IMG/VR virus record: IMGVR_UViG_3300029983_000007
Span: 266,209 to 330,208 of that record
Strand: one strand, 5' to 3'
Length of the DNA stretch: 64,000 bases
Positions 18,132 through 27,737 of the stretch are shown here, in pieces (position 1 is the first letter of the stretch; every line of letters starts with the position of its first letter). The notes under the pieces are model-generated. The model was not told the DNA's origin and searched no databases. It was given only the letters and a program-made list of their open reading frames with translations. The translations under genes were made by a program, and so were the position numbers.

Positions 18132-18470
18132 TTAATATACGCATTCATATCCATCTGAATTCTCAAGTGTTTCAATAATTTCCAATAAAAAATCATTAAA
18201 GTTTTTACTTGTATAATCTTTTGAAAAGAAATAATGATATTTTTCTAAAATCTCATCTCCTCTATTATAAAACAATTTTAATTTTGTTGCAGTATCTAAT
18301 GCATCATCTTTTGACATTTCATGAGCCATATCTGCATAGTGCTCATTTTGACAATATTCATTATCTTGAAATTTCGCACCAATTTCTCTACATAAAGTTT
18401 CAATTAGATGTTCTCTATTTATGCTTGTTATAAACTTAATACCACTTTTTGTAATAATAGTTTTACTCAT
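18132..18470 (-). CDS. Hypothetical protein
   Basis: 112-aa ORF behind promoter at 18496-18527. Confidence 0.7.
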   Translation of the reverse strand: MSKTIITKSGIKFITSINREHLIETLCREIGAKFQDNEYCQNEHYADMAHEMSKDDALDTATKLKLFYNRGDEILEKYHYFFSKDYTSKNFNDFLLEIIETLENSDGYECVY

Positions 18471-18545
18471 ATATTTATGTTTTTAAACTGAATTACAAAA
18501 TTACAAAAAGATTTTCATACTACCAAACATTCACAAGTTAATTTT

Positions 18546-18890
18546 TCAATTATTTTTAAAATCTTCCAATGTTTTGTAATAACTACACATATTTTCAATT
18601 GAATAGAAAACTAATATATTATTTTTTATTGCAAATTCAACTTCCTTATCTGCACCACTTGATTCTCCTGGTAATCTCAATATACAATCACATACTGGAA
18701 TCCACTCAAAATCAATTTTAAGCCAATCTTCATATGGTCTAGGATGAGCCATATGCTGAAAATGTGAATATAATGGTGTAAATGGCACAAAACCTTTATT
18801 CATTAATTCATCTGCTGTGTCCATTTGTATTTTAACATTAACAGCAACATCACCTTTTGTATATGGTGAAGCTATATAAACTTTAATCAT
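18546..18890 (-). CDS. DUF4406/DUF1937-like nucleoside deoxyribosyltransferase-fold protein
   Basis: KVYIASPYT, CDCILRLPGESSGADKEVEFA. Confidence 0.75.
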   Translation of the reverse strand: MIKVYIASPYTKGDVAVNVKIQMDTADELMNKGFVPFTPLYSHFQHMAHPRPYEDWLKIDFEWIPVCDCILRLPGESSGADKEVEFAIKNNILVFYSIENMCSYYKTLEDFKNN

Positions 18891-18925
18891 ATTTTTATTT
18901 TATTTTTTAATATATATATGATATA

Positions 18926-19453
18926 ATGAAAAATATAAAAAGTTTTGATAAATACAATGAAGATGTACTAACTGATGGTTTTACTCCTGAGAATGCAAGG
19001 TATAATGCAGGTATAAAAGCAAATAGAATAATATATCAACTTAAAAATTTATTATTACCTGTTGGTAAATTAACTGAGCAAGTTGTCACAAGGTCAATTG
19101 AATCAATAAATTCATTAAATAGAATTATTAATGATGAAATTATTGAAGATGATGCTATGATAACTCAATTAAAAAAATCAGATACTTCAAATACAATATT
19201 TGATGTTATAAAAAATATTGAAGTTAATCAAAATGGTATAAATAGATCTACAAATAAATACTCAGCTACAATAAATACTTTGTGGTTAGGAGGAAAAAAA
19301 TATGATTTAATAGTAAAGCCATTATCATTTTGGTTGAATATGGCAAAAAAAGACAGAGAAACAGAAAATAAAATATCCAATCAACTATGTGGTTGGATAA
19401 ATAGTAATATAAATTTAACTATTGAATCATTAAATAAAATAACACACAAATGA
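18926..19453 (+). CDS. Protein with N-terminal tag only (MKNIKSFDKYNE)
   Basis: TAATATATA at 18908-18916; tag-like start, no KFNL end. Confidence 0.7.
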   Translation: MKNIKSFDKYNEDVLTDGFTPENARYNAGIKANRIIYQLKNLLLPVGKLTEQVVTRSIESINSLNRIINDEIIEDDAMITQLKKSDTSNTIFDVIKNIEVNQNGINRSTNKYSATINTLWLGGKKYDLIVKPLSFWLNMAKKDRETENKISNQLCGWINSNINLTIESLNKITHK

Positions 19454-19995
19454 GCAAACCAATTAAAATAATAGGTATAATATTATTTAGTTTTATACTT
19501 ATTTTTATAGCATATGAAATATTCATACCAACTAAAGATTATCCTTTTAGTAAAATTGAAATTGTTAATTATCATCATCTATATAACTTAACAAATAGAA
19601 CTTATCTAGATACAATTGTAGAATCAGGATTACAATCACTTAAAATTGATACTGTTACTGTTGTTATTAAAAATATTGATAAATCATCAATAGTAATTAA
19701 TGGCGAAGATATTGATTTGAAAGCATATATAGTAGTTAATAACGATACATATTATATATTTATTGGTGACTATAGTAGAAATGAAAGTATTACAATATTA
19801 TCTCATGAATTAATTCATTTAAGACAATATTATGACAAAATGTTATTAATTAGTAGAACAGGAGTTTATTTATGGCTTGGTGATGTTATAGATATATCAA
19901 ATATGGATTATAATCAAAGACCTTGGGAAATAGAAGCATTTGATAATCAATCAGATAATGCAAATGCAATGAAATATATTTTATATAAATTATAA
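19450..19995 (+). CDS. Membrane-anchored HExxH metallopeptidase-like protein
   Basis: N-terminal TM helix, LSHELIHLRQ, PWEIEA. Confidence 0.75.
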   Translation: MSKPIKIIGIILFSFILIFIAYEIFIPTKDYPFSKIEIVNYHHLYNLTNRTYLDTIVESGLQSLKIDTVTVVIKNIDKSSIVINGEDIDLKAYIVVNNDTYYIFIGDYSRNESITILSHELIHLRQYYDKMLLISRTGVYLWLGDVIDISNMDYNQRPWEIEAFDNQSDNANAMKYILYKL

Positions 19996-20337
19996 GTTGA
20001 ATTTTTTTGATGCATTAATTATATTATAAAACTCTTCTGTTGTAAATTTATTTGGAAAAAAGTATTTACTATCTCCGTCATCTTTATCACAAATAATATA
20101 TCCTTTTTTATCTCTAAGTGTTATTATATCTCCATCACCTATTTTATAAACATTATTATAAGATCTCTTACCATTATATTCTGAATATTTTAAAATAGAA
20201 TCAATAATATATATCTCACCATATTTCAAATAATTACTCTGAAGTCCAATATATATAATTTCATCACCTATTTTTAAATCATTTAAGTAATCAGGATTAT
20301 CATGTTGTACTTCATATATTTTAAAATTTGTTATCAT
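19990..20337 (-). CDS. Dual-tag protein (MITNFKIYE...KKFNL)
   Basis: Variant N-tag, IGDEI motif, C-tag. Confidence 0.8.
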   Translation of the reverse strand: MITNFKIYEVQHDNPDYLNDLKIGDEIIYIGLQSNYLKYGEIYIIDSILKYSEYNGKRSYNNVYKIGDGDIITLRDKKGYIICDKDDGDSKYFFPNKFTTEEFYNIINASKKFNL

Positions 20338-20687
20338 ATATTAAATTTATTAGTTTGTGTTAAAAATTCTAATTTTGATTTATCATCAGATATATGAATC
20401 AATTCTTCTAATGAAAAAGACATGGCATTTTTATATTTTTTGCTATAATCTATTTCGCTATGATAAATTTGATATGATTCTAAATAATCAGGAATATAAT
20501 CAAATTGAACTATAAATCTATCCCAACGATATTTAATATCAATAATTTCTATTATCTGTCCTATATTACTTAATGTAAAACTATTTAGTTCAGTAAAATC
20601 AATACTTTCACATATAACATAATCTCCAATAGATGGTAGTATTGATGATTTTTTATTTTTTTCATATATTTTAAAATCTGTTATCAT
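20334..20687 (-). CDS. Dual-tag protein (MITDFKIYE...NKFNI), GDYV subfamily
   Basis: IGDYVIC motif, ATGA coupling. Confidence 0.8.
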   Translation of the reverse strand: MITDFKIYEKNKKSSILPSIGDYVICESIDFTELNSFTLSNIGQIIEIIDIKYRWDRFIVQFDYIPDYLESYQIYHSEIDYSKKYKNAMSFSLEELIHISDDKSKLEFLTQTNKFNI

Positions 20688-20983
20688 ACATTAAAATTGT
20701 TGGATTTATTAATTAATTTCAGTCTATCTTCTAATATTTTTCTAACTGATGAGTATTTGTATACATCTTTTTTATCTATCCAAAAACCATCTTCATGATA
20801 ATAATCTTTAAAATCAATTTTATATTGTGATTTACTTTTATTTATTATTTTAAAAATATTATTGCTTATTTTGGTTTTATATTGAATATCATAATTTATT
20901 CCTTTAAGAACAGGTATAACATAATAATCAACAGGTATTTCTATCTGGTTATTAACAAATTCATATTTTTTTATATATTTCAT
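20684..20983 (-). CDS. Dual-tag protein (MKYIKKYE...NNFNV)
   Basis: Minus-strand TAATATATA at 21017-21025. Confidence 0.8.
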   Translation of the reverse strand: MKYIKKYEFVNNQIEIPVDYYVIPVLKGINYDIQYKTKISNNIFKIINKSKSQYKIDFKDYYHEDGFWIDKKDVYKYSSVRKILEDRLKLINKSNNFNV

Positions 20984-21089
20984 AATTATATTTTATAATT
21001 TATATTTTTGATATACTATATATTAAAAATAAAAATAACAATCTTATTTTTTTATATATAATATAAACAATAAAACAGCACAATTATAT

Positions 21090-22733
21090 ATGTTAAAATA
21101 TGATGATTATAATAAATTGAATGAGGCTTTCTTTCATCGTAGTAAAGATGAGTTAGAAAATCTCATACATTCATTTAAAAGCTTGATTATAAATCTAAAA
21201 CAATCAATAGATAAAAAATATACATTAGATTTCTATAAAACTCAAATCAAAGAGGATTTAGAATCATATAAAATAAATATATTGAATAATTACAATAAAA
21301 ATACAATTAGTAAATTTAAAGATTTGTTTAAAGAATTTTTAAATAATGTAGATAATGACATAATTAAGCATATGAAATTAGGTAAATTTGCTAATGATAT
21401 ATTAAAGATATATTCTATTAATAATTCTTTTGATATTAACATAAAGAATGTAAATAGTGTGTTTAAAGCTTATCTTGATAATGTTGATAGATATATAGAC
21501 AACACATATGATTTTTTCTACAATAAGATTGAGACTGATAAATCATATGAACCATATAATAAAATTGATATTAAAATAAATAAAGTCCCTATTGATGAAT
21601 ATCAAAAAACAAAATACAAATATCAAATTGAGTTATTAAAATTACAAGAATGGATTACATACAACAATAAAAAAGTATTGATTATATTTGAAGGTAGGGA
21701 TGCTGCAGGAAAAGGTTCAGCGATTAGAAATATCACAAGATTTCTAGATCCAAAGCATTTTAGAGTACAGACATTTGGTATACCTACAGAAGAAGAGAGT
21801 AATAATTGGTTTGATAGATATGAAAAATCTTTACCTAAAAATGGAGAAATTGTTTTTTTTGATAGATCTTGGTATACAAGAGGTTATGTTGAACCAGTGA
21901 TGAAATATTCAACTGAAGATAAATATAATAAATTTATGAAAGAAGTCAATAACTTTGAAGATAAATTAATAGATGATGACATCATACTTATAAAAATATG
22001 GTTCTCCATATCTCAAGATGTACAAAAAATGAGATTTGAATTAAGAAAATCTAATCCATTGAAATACTGGAAGTTTAGTAAGAATGATGAGCAAACATTA
22101 GACAAATGGGATGAATTTACTAAATATATAAATGAGATTTTCAAAAAAACAAATACTAAAGATTCTCCTTGGATAATAATAGATGCTGATGATGAAAATT
22201 ATTCAAGATTAGAATCTTTCAATAGTATAATAAAATCAATAGAAAAAGATAAATCAAACATCAAAGAGGGTGGAATAAAAGTAATATTTGAAGATTTAGA
22301 TGGACCATTAATTCCATATGATAAAAATTCAGATACCGACTATCATAAATTTTTTAATGATCCAGAAAAATGGAGTAAGACTGCTATGAGCAATTTAAAC
22401 AATATTATTGAAAAGACAGAAGCAAAAGTAGTATTATCTTCTTCATATAGAGATGATAAACCATTAAGCGAAATAGAAAAGATGATGAAAACTGCTGGAT
22501 TTAAATATAAAATATATGACGTTGTTCCAAATGACAAATCTAAAAAACGTGGATCTGATATAAAAGATTGGTTAAAGAATAATAAATCAGTTAGTAATTT
22601 TATTATTATTGACGATAATAAGCATGACTTATATGAAGTATTTAGCAAAAAACACATTGTTAAAACTACTCATGAATTAGGAATAACAGATGATATTAAA
22701 GATGAAGCTATTGATAAATTAAATACTAAATGA
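21090..22733 (+). CDS. ppk2: Polyphosphate kinase 2 fused to C-terminal HAD-like domain, with N-terminal extension
   Basis: FEGRDAAGKG Walker A, FDRSWY Walker B, LKYWKFS; C-terminal FEDLDGPL, VVLSSSYR, FIIIDD. Confidence 0.9.
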   Translation: MLKYDDYNKLNEAFFHRSKDELENLIHSFKSLIINLKQSIDKKYTLDFYKTQIKEDLESYKINILNNYNKNTISKFKDLFKEFLNNVDNDIIKHMKLGKFANDILKIYSINNSFDINIKNVNSVFKAYLDNVDRYIDNTYDFFYNKIETDKSYEPYNKIDIKINKVPIDEYQKTKYKYQIELLKLQEWITYNNKKVLIIFEGRDAAGKGSAIRNITRFLDPKHFRVQTFGIPTEEESNNWFDRYEKSLPKNGEIVFFDRSWYTRGYVEPVMKYSTEDKYNKFMKEVNNFEDKLIDDDIILIKIWFSISQDVQKMRFELRKSNPLKYWKFSKNDEQTLDKWDEFTKYINEIFKKTNTKDSPWIIIDADDENYSRLESFNSIIKSIEKDKSNIKEGGIKVIFEDLDGPLIPYDKNSDTDYHKFFNDPEKWSKTAMSNLNNIIEKTEAKVVLSSSYRDDKPLSEIEKMMKTAGFKYKIYDVVPNDKSKKRGSDIKDWLKNNKSVSNFIIIDDNKHDLYEVFSKKHIVKTTHELGITDDIKDEAIDKLNTK

Positions 22734-22737
22734 TATT

Positions 22738-23145
22738 ATGAAATATTTAAAAAAATATGAAATGTTAAACAAATTAGACACATCAGATAATCCTATATTT
22801 ATAGAATTTATGATTAATTTCATAACATCTTTAGATTATGACTTAACCACAAATTACAATAAAAAATACTCTAGAAATGAGATATTTTTTTATAACAAAG
22901 ATATAAATTCTGAGGGTTTAAAATTTTGTATTGAAATAACAAATGATGAATTAATTTTTAAAAAATACCATAATAATTTTAAGATTATTGAAGAATATTT
23001 AGAAACTATCAATGGATTAAATTTAATAAATATTGATCATCACATATACAACTTTAAGATATCAGGAAATACTCTAGATATCGAAGAACAGATAACAAAA
23101 AAGAATTTTGATATGTTTAGAGAAGCAAATAAATTTAATTTATGA
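22738..23145 (+). CDS. Dual-tag protein
   Basis: MKYLKKYE ... ANKFNL. Confidence 0.8.
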   Translation: MKYLKKYEMLNKLDTSDNPIFIEFMINFITSLDYDLTTNYNKKYSRNEIFFYNKDINSEGLKFCIEITNDELIFKKYHNNFKIIEEYLETINGLNLINIDHHIYNFKISGNTLDIEEQITKKNFDMFREANKFNL

Positions 23146-23483
23146 AATATTTAAAAAAGTTTGAATCTAAAGAAGTAGATTTATTTAATGCTATTGTAAA
23201 TGACAACACAAAAAGAGTTGAATATTTAATTAGACTTAATGCTGATATAAACATTCAAGATGCTGAAGGTAGAACTCCATTATTTTATGCAGCAAATCAT
23301 GATTTTATGAGTATTGTTAATATACTTATTGAAGCAGGAGCGGATTGGAATATTATTAACAACAAAGGATATGATTTTACATATTTATTAAGTGATAAAC
23401 AATTTGATTATATTATGAAAAAATATCCTGATGAATATAAAGAATATTTAATGAAAAAAACAGCAAACAAATTTAACTTATGA
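23142..23483 (+). CDS. Dual-tag ankyrin-repeat protein
   Basis: LFNAIVND, GRTPLFYAA, LIEAGADWN; ANKFNL. Confidence 0.9.
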   Translation: MKYLKKFESKEVDLFNAIVNDNTKRVEYLIRLNADINIQDAEGRTPLFYAANHDFMSIVNILIEAGADWNIINNKGYDFTYLLSDKQFDYIMKKYPDEYKEYLMKKTANKFNL

Positions 23484-23911
23484 ACCATTTAAAAATATAT
23501 GATAATTATAAAGATAAAATGAATTCAAAGAACAAATTCAATAATATGATAAATGAGTATATACCAGGATATTACATGATATATAAATCTAATACTTATC
23601 ATTGGAAGCAACATAGATACAATGAATATATAGTATTATGTAGAATTATAAATCCAGAAGTTTTTGATGAAGTGGATCTAAGATTAAACATAGATATTCT
23701 ATCTTATTTTTGTGAATTAGAACAACATGAATTAAGGGAAGATGAAAAAATAAAGACTGGAAAACAAATAATAAATCCAAATCATTCAACGTTTGAAAGA
23801 TTATTTTTGTCATCGTCATTAAAAACATCTCAAGATAAATTTGAAGAATTGAAAGAAACTACATATTATCAATGGGAATTAAATAAAGTCACAGATAAAT
23901 TTAACTTATGA
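23480..23911 (+). CDS. Dual-tag protein
   Basis: MNHLKIYD ... TDKFNL. Confidence 0.8.
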   Translation: MNHLKIYDNYKDKMNSKNKFNNMINEYIPGYYMIYKSNTYHWKQHRYNEYIVLCRIINPEVFDEVDLRLNIDILSYFCELEQHELREDEKIKTGKQIINPNHSTFERLFLSSSLKTSQDKFEELKETTYYQWELNKVTDKFNL

Positions 23912-24294
23912 AAACATTCAATCAATACAATGAATCTATAAAAAATAAACATTTTCCTATATATTTTAGAAGATATTATGAATCAGGTAGATATAAAATA
24001 TCAGATATATATTACGACATTGAACAAGCAAATAAATATAGTATTGAATATGTTCTATTTAATAATACCACTAAAGGAGATGAGTTCTTTTACTTATATT
24101 TATTTCCATGTAATGAAAATGAATCTAAAATTATTAGTTCTGAGTTAATAGGTATGTTTAATCTATCAAGTATATTTAATGAAGACTTAACAACAGAAGA
24201 AAATATAGAATTAATAAAAACATCAAAAAATGCGAATATTATAAATTTAGAAGATGTAAATTTAATAATAAATTCAAATAAATTTAATATATGA
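23908..24294 (+). CDS. Dual-tag protein, T4-CTS-like start MKTFNQYNE
   Basis: Paralog of next two ORFs; INSNKFNI. Confidence 0.8.
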   Translation: MKTFNQYNESIKNKHFPIYFRRYYESGRYKISDIYYDIEQANKYSIEYVLFNNTTKGDEFFYLYLFPCNENESKIISSELIGMFNLSSIFNEDLTTEENIELIKTSKNANIINLEDVNLIINSNKFNI

Positions 24295-24722
24295 AAACAT
24301 TTATACAGTTCAATGAAACTGAAAATTATGGAGAACCAATGTACAGTAATACAAATAGAATAACTCTTAACCTTTATTCTTATAATGACGAAGAAAATGA
24401 TTTTCCTCTTTTAGAACGAGATATCAAAAAATTAGAAGAAAATAATATTTATTATATTATAATTAGTACAACAGACAATTATATTAACTCTACACAATTT
24501 CAAACAATGTTTAAAATTTATGCATTACCAAAAAATAAAGAACAGAGAGATATAACTTATTATAATATGAATTTTTCTTATAATACTAAAATTAACATAG
24601 AATACAATGGTGAAAATTTAGATGAAGTTTTAGATGCAATTAAAAAAAGAAATAAAAATTTTTCAATCATAAATAAAGAAGACTTATATGTTATTATAAA
24701 TTCAAATAAATTTAATATATGA
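24291..24722 (+). CDS. Dual-tag protein, start MKTFIQFNE
   Basis: INSNKFNI end. Confidence 0.8.
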   Translation: MKTFIQFNETENYGEPMYSNTNRITLNLYSYNDEENDFPLLERDIKKLEENNIYYIIISTTDNYINSTQFQTMFKIYALPKNKEQRDITYYNMNFSYNTKINIEYNGENLDEVLDAIKKRNKNFSIINKEDLYVIINSNKFNI

Positions 24723-25078
24723 AAACATATCAACAATTTAATGAAATGAGCAATGTTGGATGTACTATATTTTTCAAAGTATATTTTAAATTTGAAAATG
24801 TGTATAAACAAATTGAGATATTAGATGAAAATAGAATAGATTATGATATATCTTATCATAATAAATTCATTAAAATAGATGCTTATGCTTATTCTATAAG
24901 TGAGTATAATTTTCTTATATCAATTGAATTCAAAATAAATAAAAAATCACAAGAACTAATAAATCCAAATATGTCACTTGATAAAATTAGAAGTATTGTA
25001 AAATCAGACAAAGGTTGGACGCCAACAAGTAAAGAAGAATTACCATACATTAATGATATAAATAAATTCAACTTATGA
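24719..25078 (+). CDS. Dual-tag protein, start MKTYQQFNE
   Basis: INKFNL end. Confidence 0.8.
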   Translation: MKTYQQFNEMSNVGCTIFFKVYFKFENVYKQIEILDENRIDYDISYHNKFIKIDAYAYSISEYNFLISIEFKINKKSQELINPNMSLDKIRSIVKSDKGWTPTSKEELPYINDINKFNL

Positions 25079-25581
25079 AATATATAAAAAGATTTGAAAG
25101 TATAATAACAGAATTGAATTACTCAAGTAAAGGATTAACTTCTTTACCTGAGTTGCCTGATACATTAAAGAATTTGGGATGTCATCATAATAAATTAAGA
25201 TATCTACCAGAATTACCAACTACATTAGAAGAATTGTTTTGTGGCGATAATGAGTTAAAAAAATTGCCAACTTTACCAAACACAATAACAAATTTAATGA
25301 TTCATCATAATGATTTGACAGAATTGCCAGATCTACCAGATTCATTGATAAATTTTTCATGTGGGCATAATAATTTAACTGAAATACCAAAATTACCAAA
25401 TAATTTAGTATATTTTTTATGTGATAATAATAATTTATCTGAATTACCAGAAATGCCAGAAACTGTAACTCAATTTAGTTGTAAGTATAATAATTTACCA
25501 TATGAAGATTTGAATGGATATTGGGATTGGTTTTATGATAGAAATCCAGAAAGAAAACAAGCAAAAAAATTCAACTTATGA
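25075..25581 (+). CDS. Dual-tag leucine-rich-repeat protein
   Basis: Repeated LxxLPxLPxxLxxLxCxxN 20-aa units; AKKFNL. Confidence 0.9.
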   Translation: MKYIKRFESIITELNYSSKGLTSLPELPDTLKNLGCHHNKLRYLPELPTTLEELFCGDNELKKLPTLPNTITNLMIHHNDLTELPDLPDSLINFSCGHNNLTEIPKLPNNLVYFLCDNNNLSELPEMPETVTQFSCKYNNLPYEDLNGYWDWFYDRNPERKQAKKFNL

Positions 25582-26093
25582 GATATTTAAAAAAATTTGA
25601 AAAATATAATGCATCTTTAGATTTAAATTATATTTTAGAAGATGATGTATATAGTGATTCAGATGCAATAAAATTATTAAAAAAAGTGAAATATGCTATT
25701 GACAATGATTGTGTTATTGATAATATTAATATACATTGGATGGAAAGAACTCCTTTAATTACATGCGCTGTTTTAGACTGTCATATAAAAACCCAGTCTA
25801 AATATAGAAATATATTTGAGCAAATAGCAAAAGAACTAATTAATTCAGGAGCTAATATAAATCATATAGATAAAGATAACAGAAGTGCTTTAATATGGGC
25901 TACAGATAGAGGACATTTTGATGTAATGGAACTATTAATTGAAAATGGCGCAGATTGGAATATTATGGATGTATTCCATCATGAATTTCATGAATATTTG
26001 AGTGATGAACATTTTGAAAAAATTATTCATAAATATCCAGAACAATATGAATTGTATAACATGAAAAACAACACGAACAAATTCAATTTATGA
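25578..26093 (+). CDS. Dual-tag ankyrin-repeat protein
   Basis: RTPLITCA, LINSGANIN, RSALIWAT, LIENGADWN. Confidence 0.9.
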   Translation: MRYLKKFEKYNASLDLNYILEDDVYSDSDAIKLLKKVKYAIDNDCVIDNINIHWMERTPLITCAVLDCHIKTQSKYRNIFEQIAKELINSGANINHIDKDNRSALIWATDRGHFDVMELLIENGADWNIMDVFHHEFHEYLSDEHFEKIIHKYPEQYELYNMKNNTNKFNL

Positions 26094-26581
26094 AACATAT
26101 AAAAACATATACTCAGAAAGAATTGGATGATAATTTGTTGAAATATTCAGCAAAACAGGCATCTTTGCAAAAAGTAAGAGAATTGATAACAGATGGAGCT
26201 AACGTTAATTGTTTTGATCGTATCAGATATAACACGCCATTAATTAACGCATCACAACAACTAAATTATAGTACAATTAAATTGTTAATAGAAAATGGTG
26301 CTGATATAAATTTAGTAAATAAAAACAATAAAAATTGTATATTTTATATTGTTAATCAAAACACATATACTTATACTAAATATAAAAATAAAATTAATAA
26401 TATAATTGATTTATTAATTTCATCTGGAATAAATTTAAACAATAAAAATAAAAGTGATGTTGATATTTTTGATAATATTCAAGAATCAAATCCTTTTATT
26501 CTTCAATATATAATAGATAATTATCCAGAAGAATACAAAGAATATTTAATGAAAAAAACTGCAAACAAATTTAACTTATGA
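26090..26581 (+). CDS. Dual-tag ankyrin-repeat protein
   Basis: LITDGANVN, NTPLINAS, LIENGADIN; ANKFNL. Confidence 0.9.
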   Translation: MKHIKTYTQKELDDNLLKYSAKQASLQKVRELITDGANVNCFDRIRYNTPLINASQQLNYSTIKLLIENGADINLVNKNNKNCIFYIVNQNTYTYTKYKNKINNIIDLLISSGINLNNKNKSDVDIFDNIQESNPFILQYIIDNYPEEYKEYLMKKTANKFNL

Positions 26582-26898
26582 AATATATTAAAGCATATGA
26601 AACAGTTGAAGTCTGGAACGATAATAAAAGGATAAAAACATATGATTCATCAGAATACGAATTAAGTGATTATGTGATTTTGAATAAGCTTTATTTTCCA
26701 GATATAAGTGATAATTACACATATCTTATAGGTAAAATAATAGACATTTCAGAAAATAATAATATGTTTTATTGGGTTATTAAATTACCAGATAAAAAAG
26801 TAGTATGGACTGGAGATTATGAAATACATAAAACTATAACAAAAGAAGAATATGAAACGCTAGAAATAAAAAATTCATCAGATAAATATAATATATAA
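26578..26898 (+). CDS. Dual-tag small protein
   Basis: MKYIKAYE, SDYVIL, SDKYNI. Confidence 0.8.
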   Translation: MKYIKAYETVEVWNDNKRIKTYDSSEYELSDYVILNKLYFPDISDNYTYLIGKIIDISENNNMFYWVIKLPDKKVVWTGDYEIHKTITKEEYETLEIKNSSDKYNI

Positions 26899-26902
26899 GA
26901 AT

Positions 26903-27235
26903 ATGATAAGTAAATATAATGACTTCATTTTAGAAAATAAATATGAAGATGAACGTGAAGATGTCACAGGTAAAGTTAACAGAAGTAAAAAGTTATCGAA
27001 AGAAATGAAGGAAAAAATATTACCTTTGATTATTCCTGGTAATACAAAATACAAAAATGGTAGAATTTTTGATTTACATATACCTAAAATCGAAGGTAAA
27101 TCATTTAAATTAGTAAGCTTAGGTGCAGATAAAAATGGATTTTTTGTATTTACTCATAGAGCAAGATGTAAATCTAAACCAAATATTGAAGATATTCCAA
27201 ATAAAGATATTGAATTTATTGAAACAACAGGATAA
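26903..27235 (+). CDS. Protein with N-tag only (MISKYNDFILE)
   Basis: Co-oriented ORF; FVFTHRARCKS. Confidence 0.7.
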   Translation: MISKYNDFILENKYEDEREDVTGKVNRSKKLSKEMKEKILPLIIPGNTKYKNGRIFDLHIPKIEGKSFKLVSLGADKNGFFVFTHRARCKSKPNIEDIPNKDIEFIETTG

Positions 27236-27253
27236 TAAAATAATATATAGAAT

Positions 27254-27472
27254 ATGAAAATTAAAAAATTTAAAGAATTAAATGAAGCTGATACTAATCA
27301 GATACCAGGTACATCATTAGATAAATATTATTCTTATTATAAAAGATGGTGTGATGAAAATGGATTTGAATATAATTTTAAAGATATATCAGAAGATGAA
27401 ATTATTGAGATAGCAAAAAAATACGCTGATGATAATAATTTACCGAATATGACATATTACAGAAATGATTAA
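27254..27472 (+). CDS. Protein with N-tag only (MKIKKFKELNE)
   Basis: TAATATATA at 27241-27249. Confidence 0.7.
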   Translation: MKIKKFKELNEADTNQIPGTSLDKYYSYYKRWCDENGFEYNFKDISEDEIIEIAKKYADDNNLPNMTYYRND

Positions 27473-27485
27473 TATATTTAACAAT

Positions 27486-27520
27486 AAAAAAATGAATTAT
27501 TTATTATAATTCATTTTTTT
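27486..27520. terminator. Intrinsic terminator
   Basis: AAAAAAATGAATTAT/ATAATTCATTTTTTT. Confidence 0.7.
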
Positions 27521-27554
27521 TGATTATATTCGTAGATAAAAATAAATAGATAAA

Positions 27555-27737
27555 ATGACAAAAATATTAGATATTATAAATAAATTATTCTTATTTTTTG
27601 CTTTGCTTTGGTTAGCCTTATCATTGTGTGTAATAATTATATTATCATTAATTAAAACTTTTTTGAGAATAACATATAAATCAATTAAGAATAAAATCAA
27701 AAGAAAAAATGAAAAAAAAATTACTATGGTTGGATGA
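27555..27737 (+). CDS. Small membrane protein
   Basis: One hydrophobic segment plus basic tail. Confidence 0.5.
   Translation: MTKILDIINKLFLFFALLWLALSLCVIIILSLIKTFLRITYKSIKNKIKRKNEKKITMVG

Noticed and set aside
11424-26581. Giant eukaryotic virus origin suggested by ankyrin/LRR paralogs and high AT
   Set aside because: Operons with ATGA coupling, intrinsic terminators, Bacteroidota promoters and bacterial-type enzymes indicate a bacteriophage.
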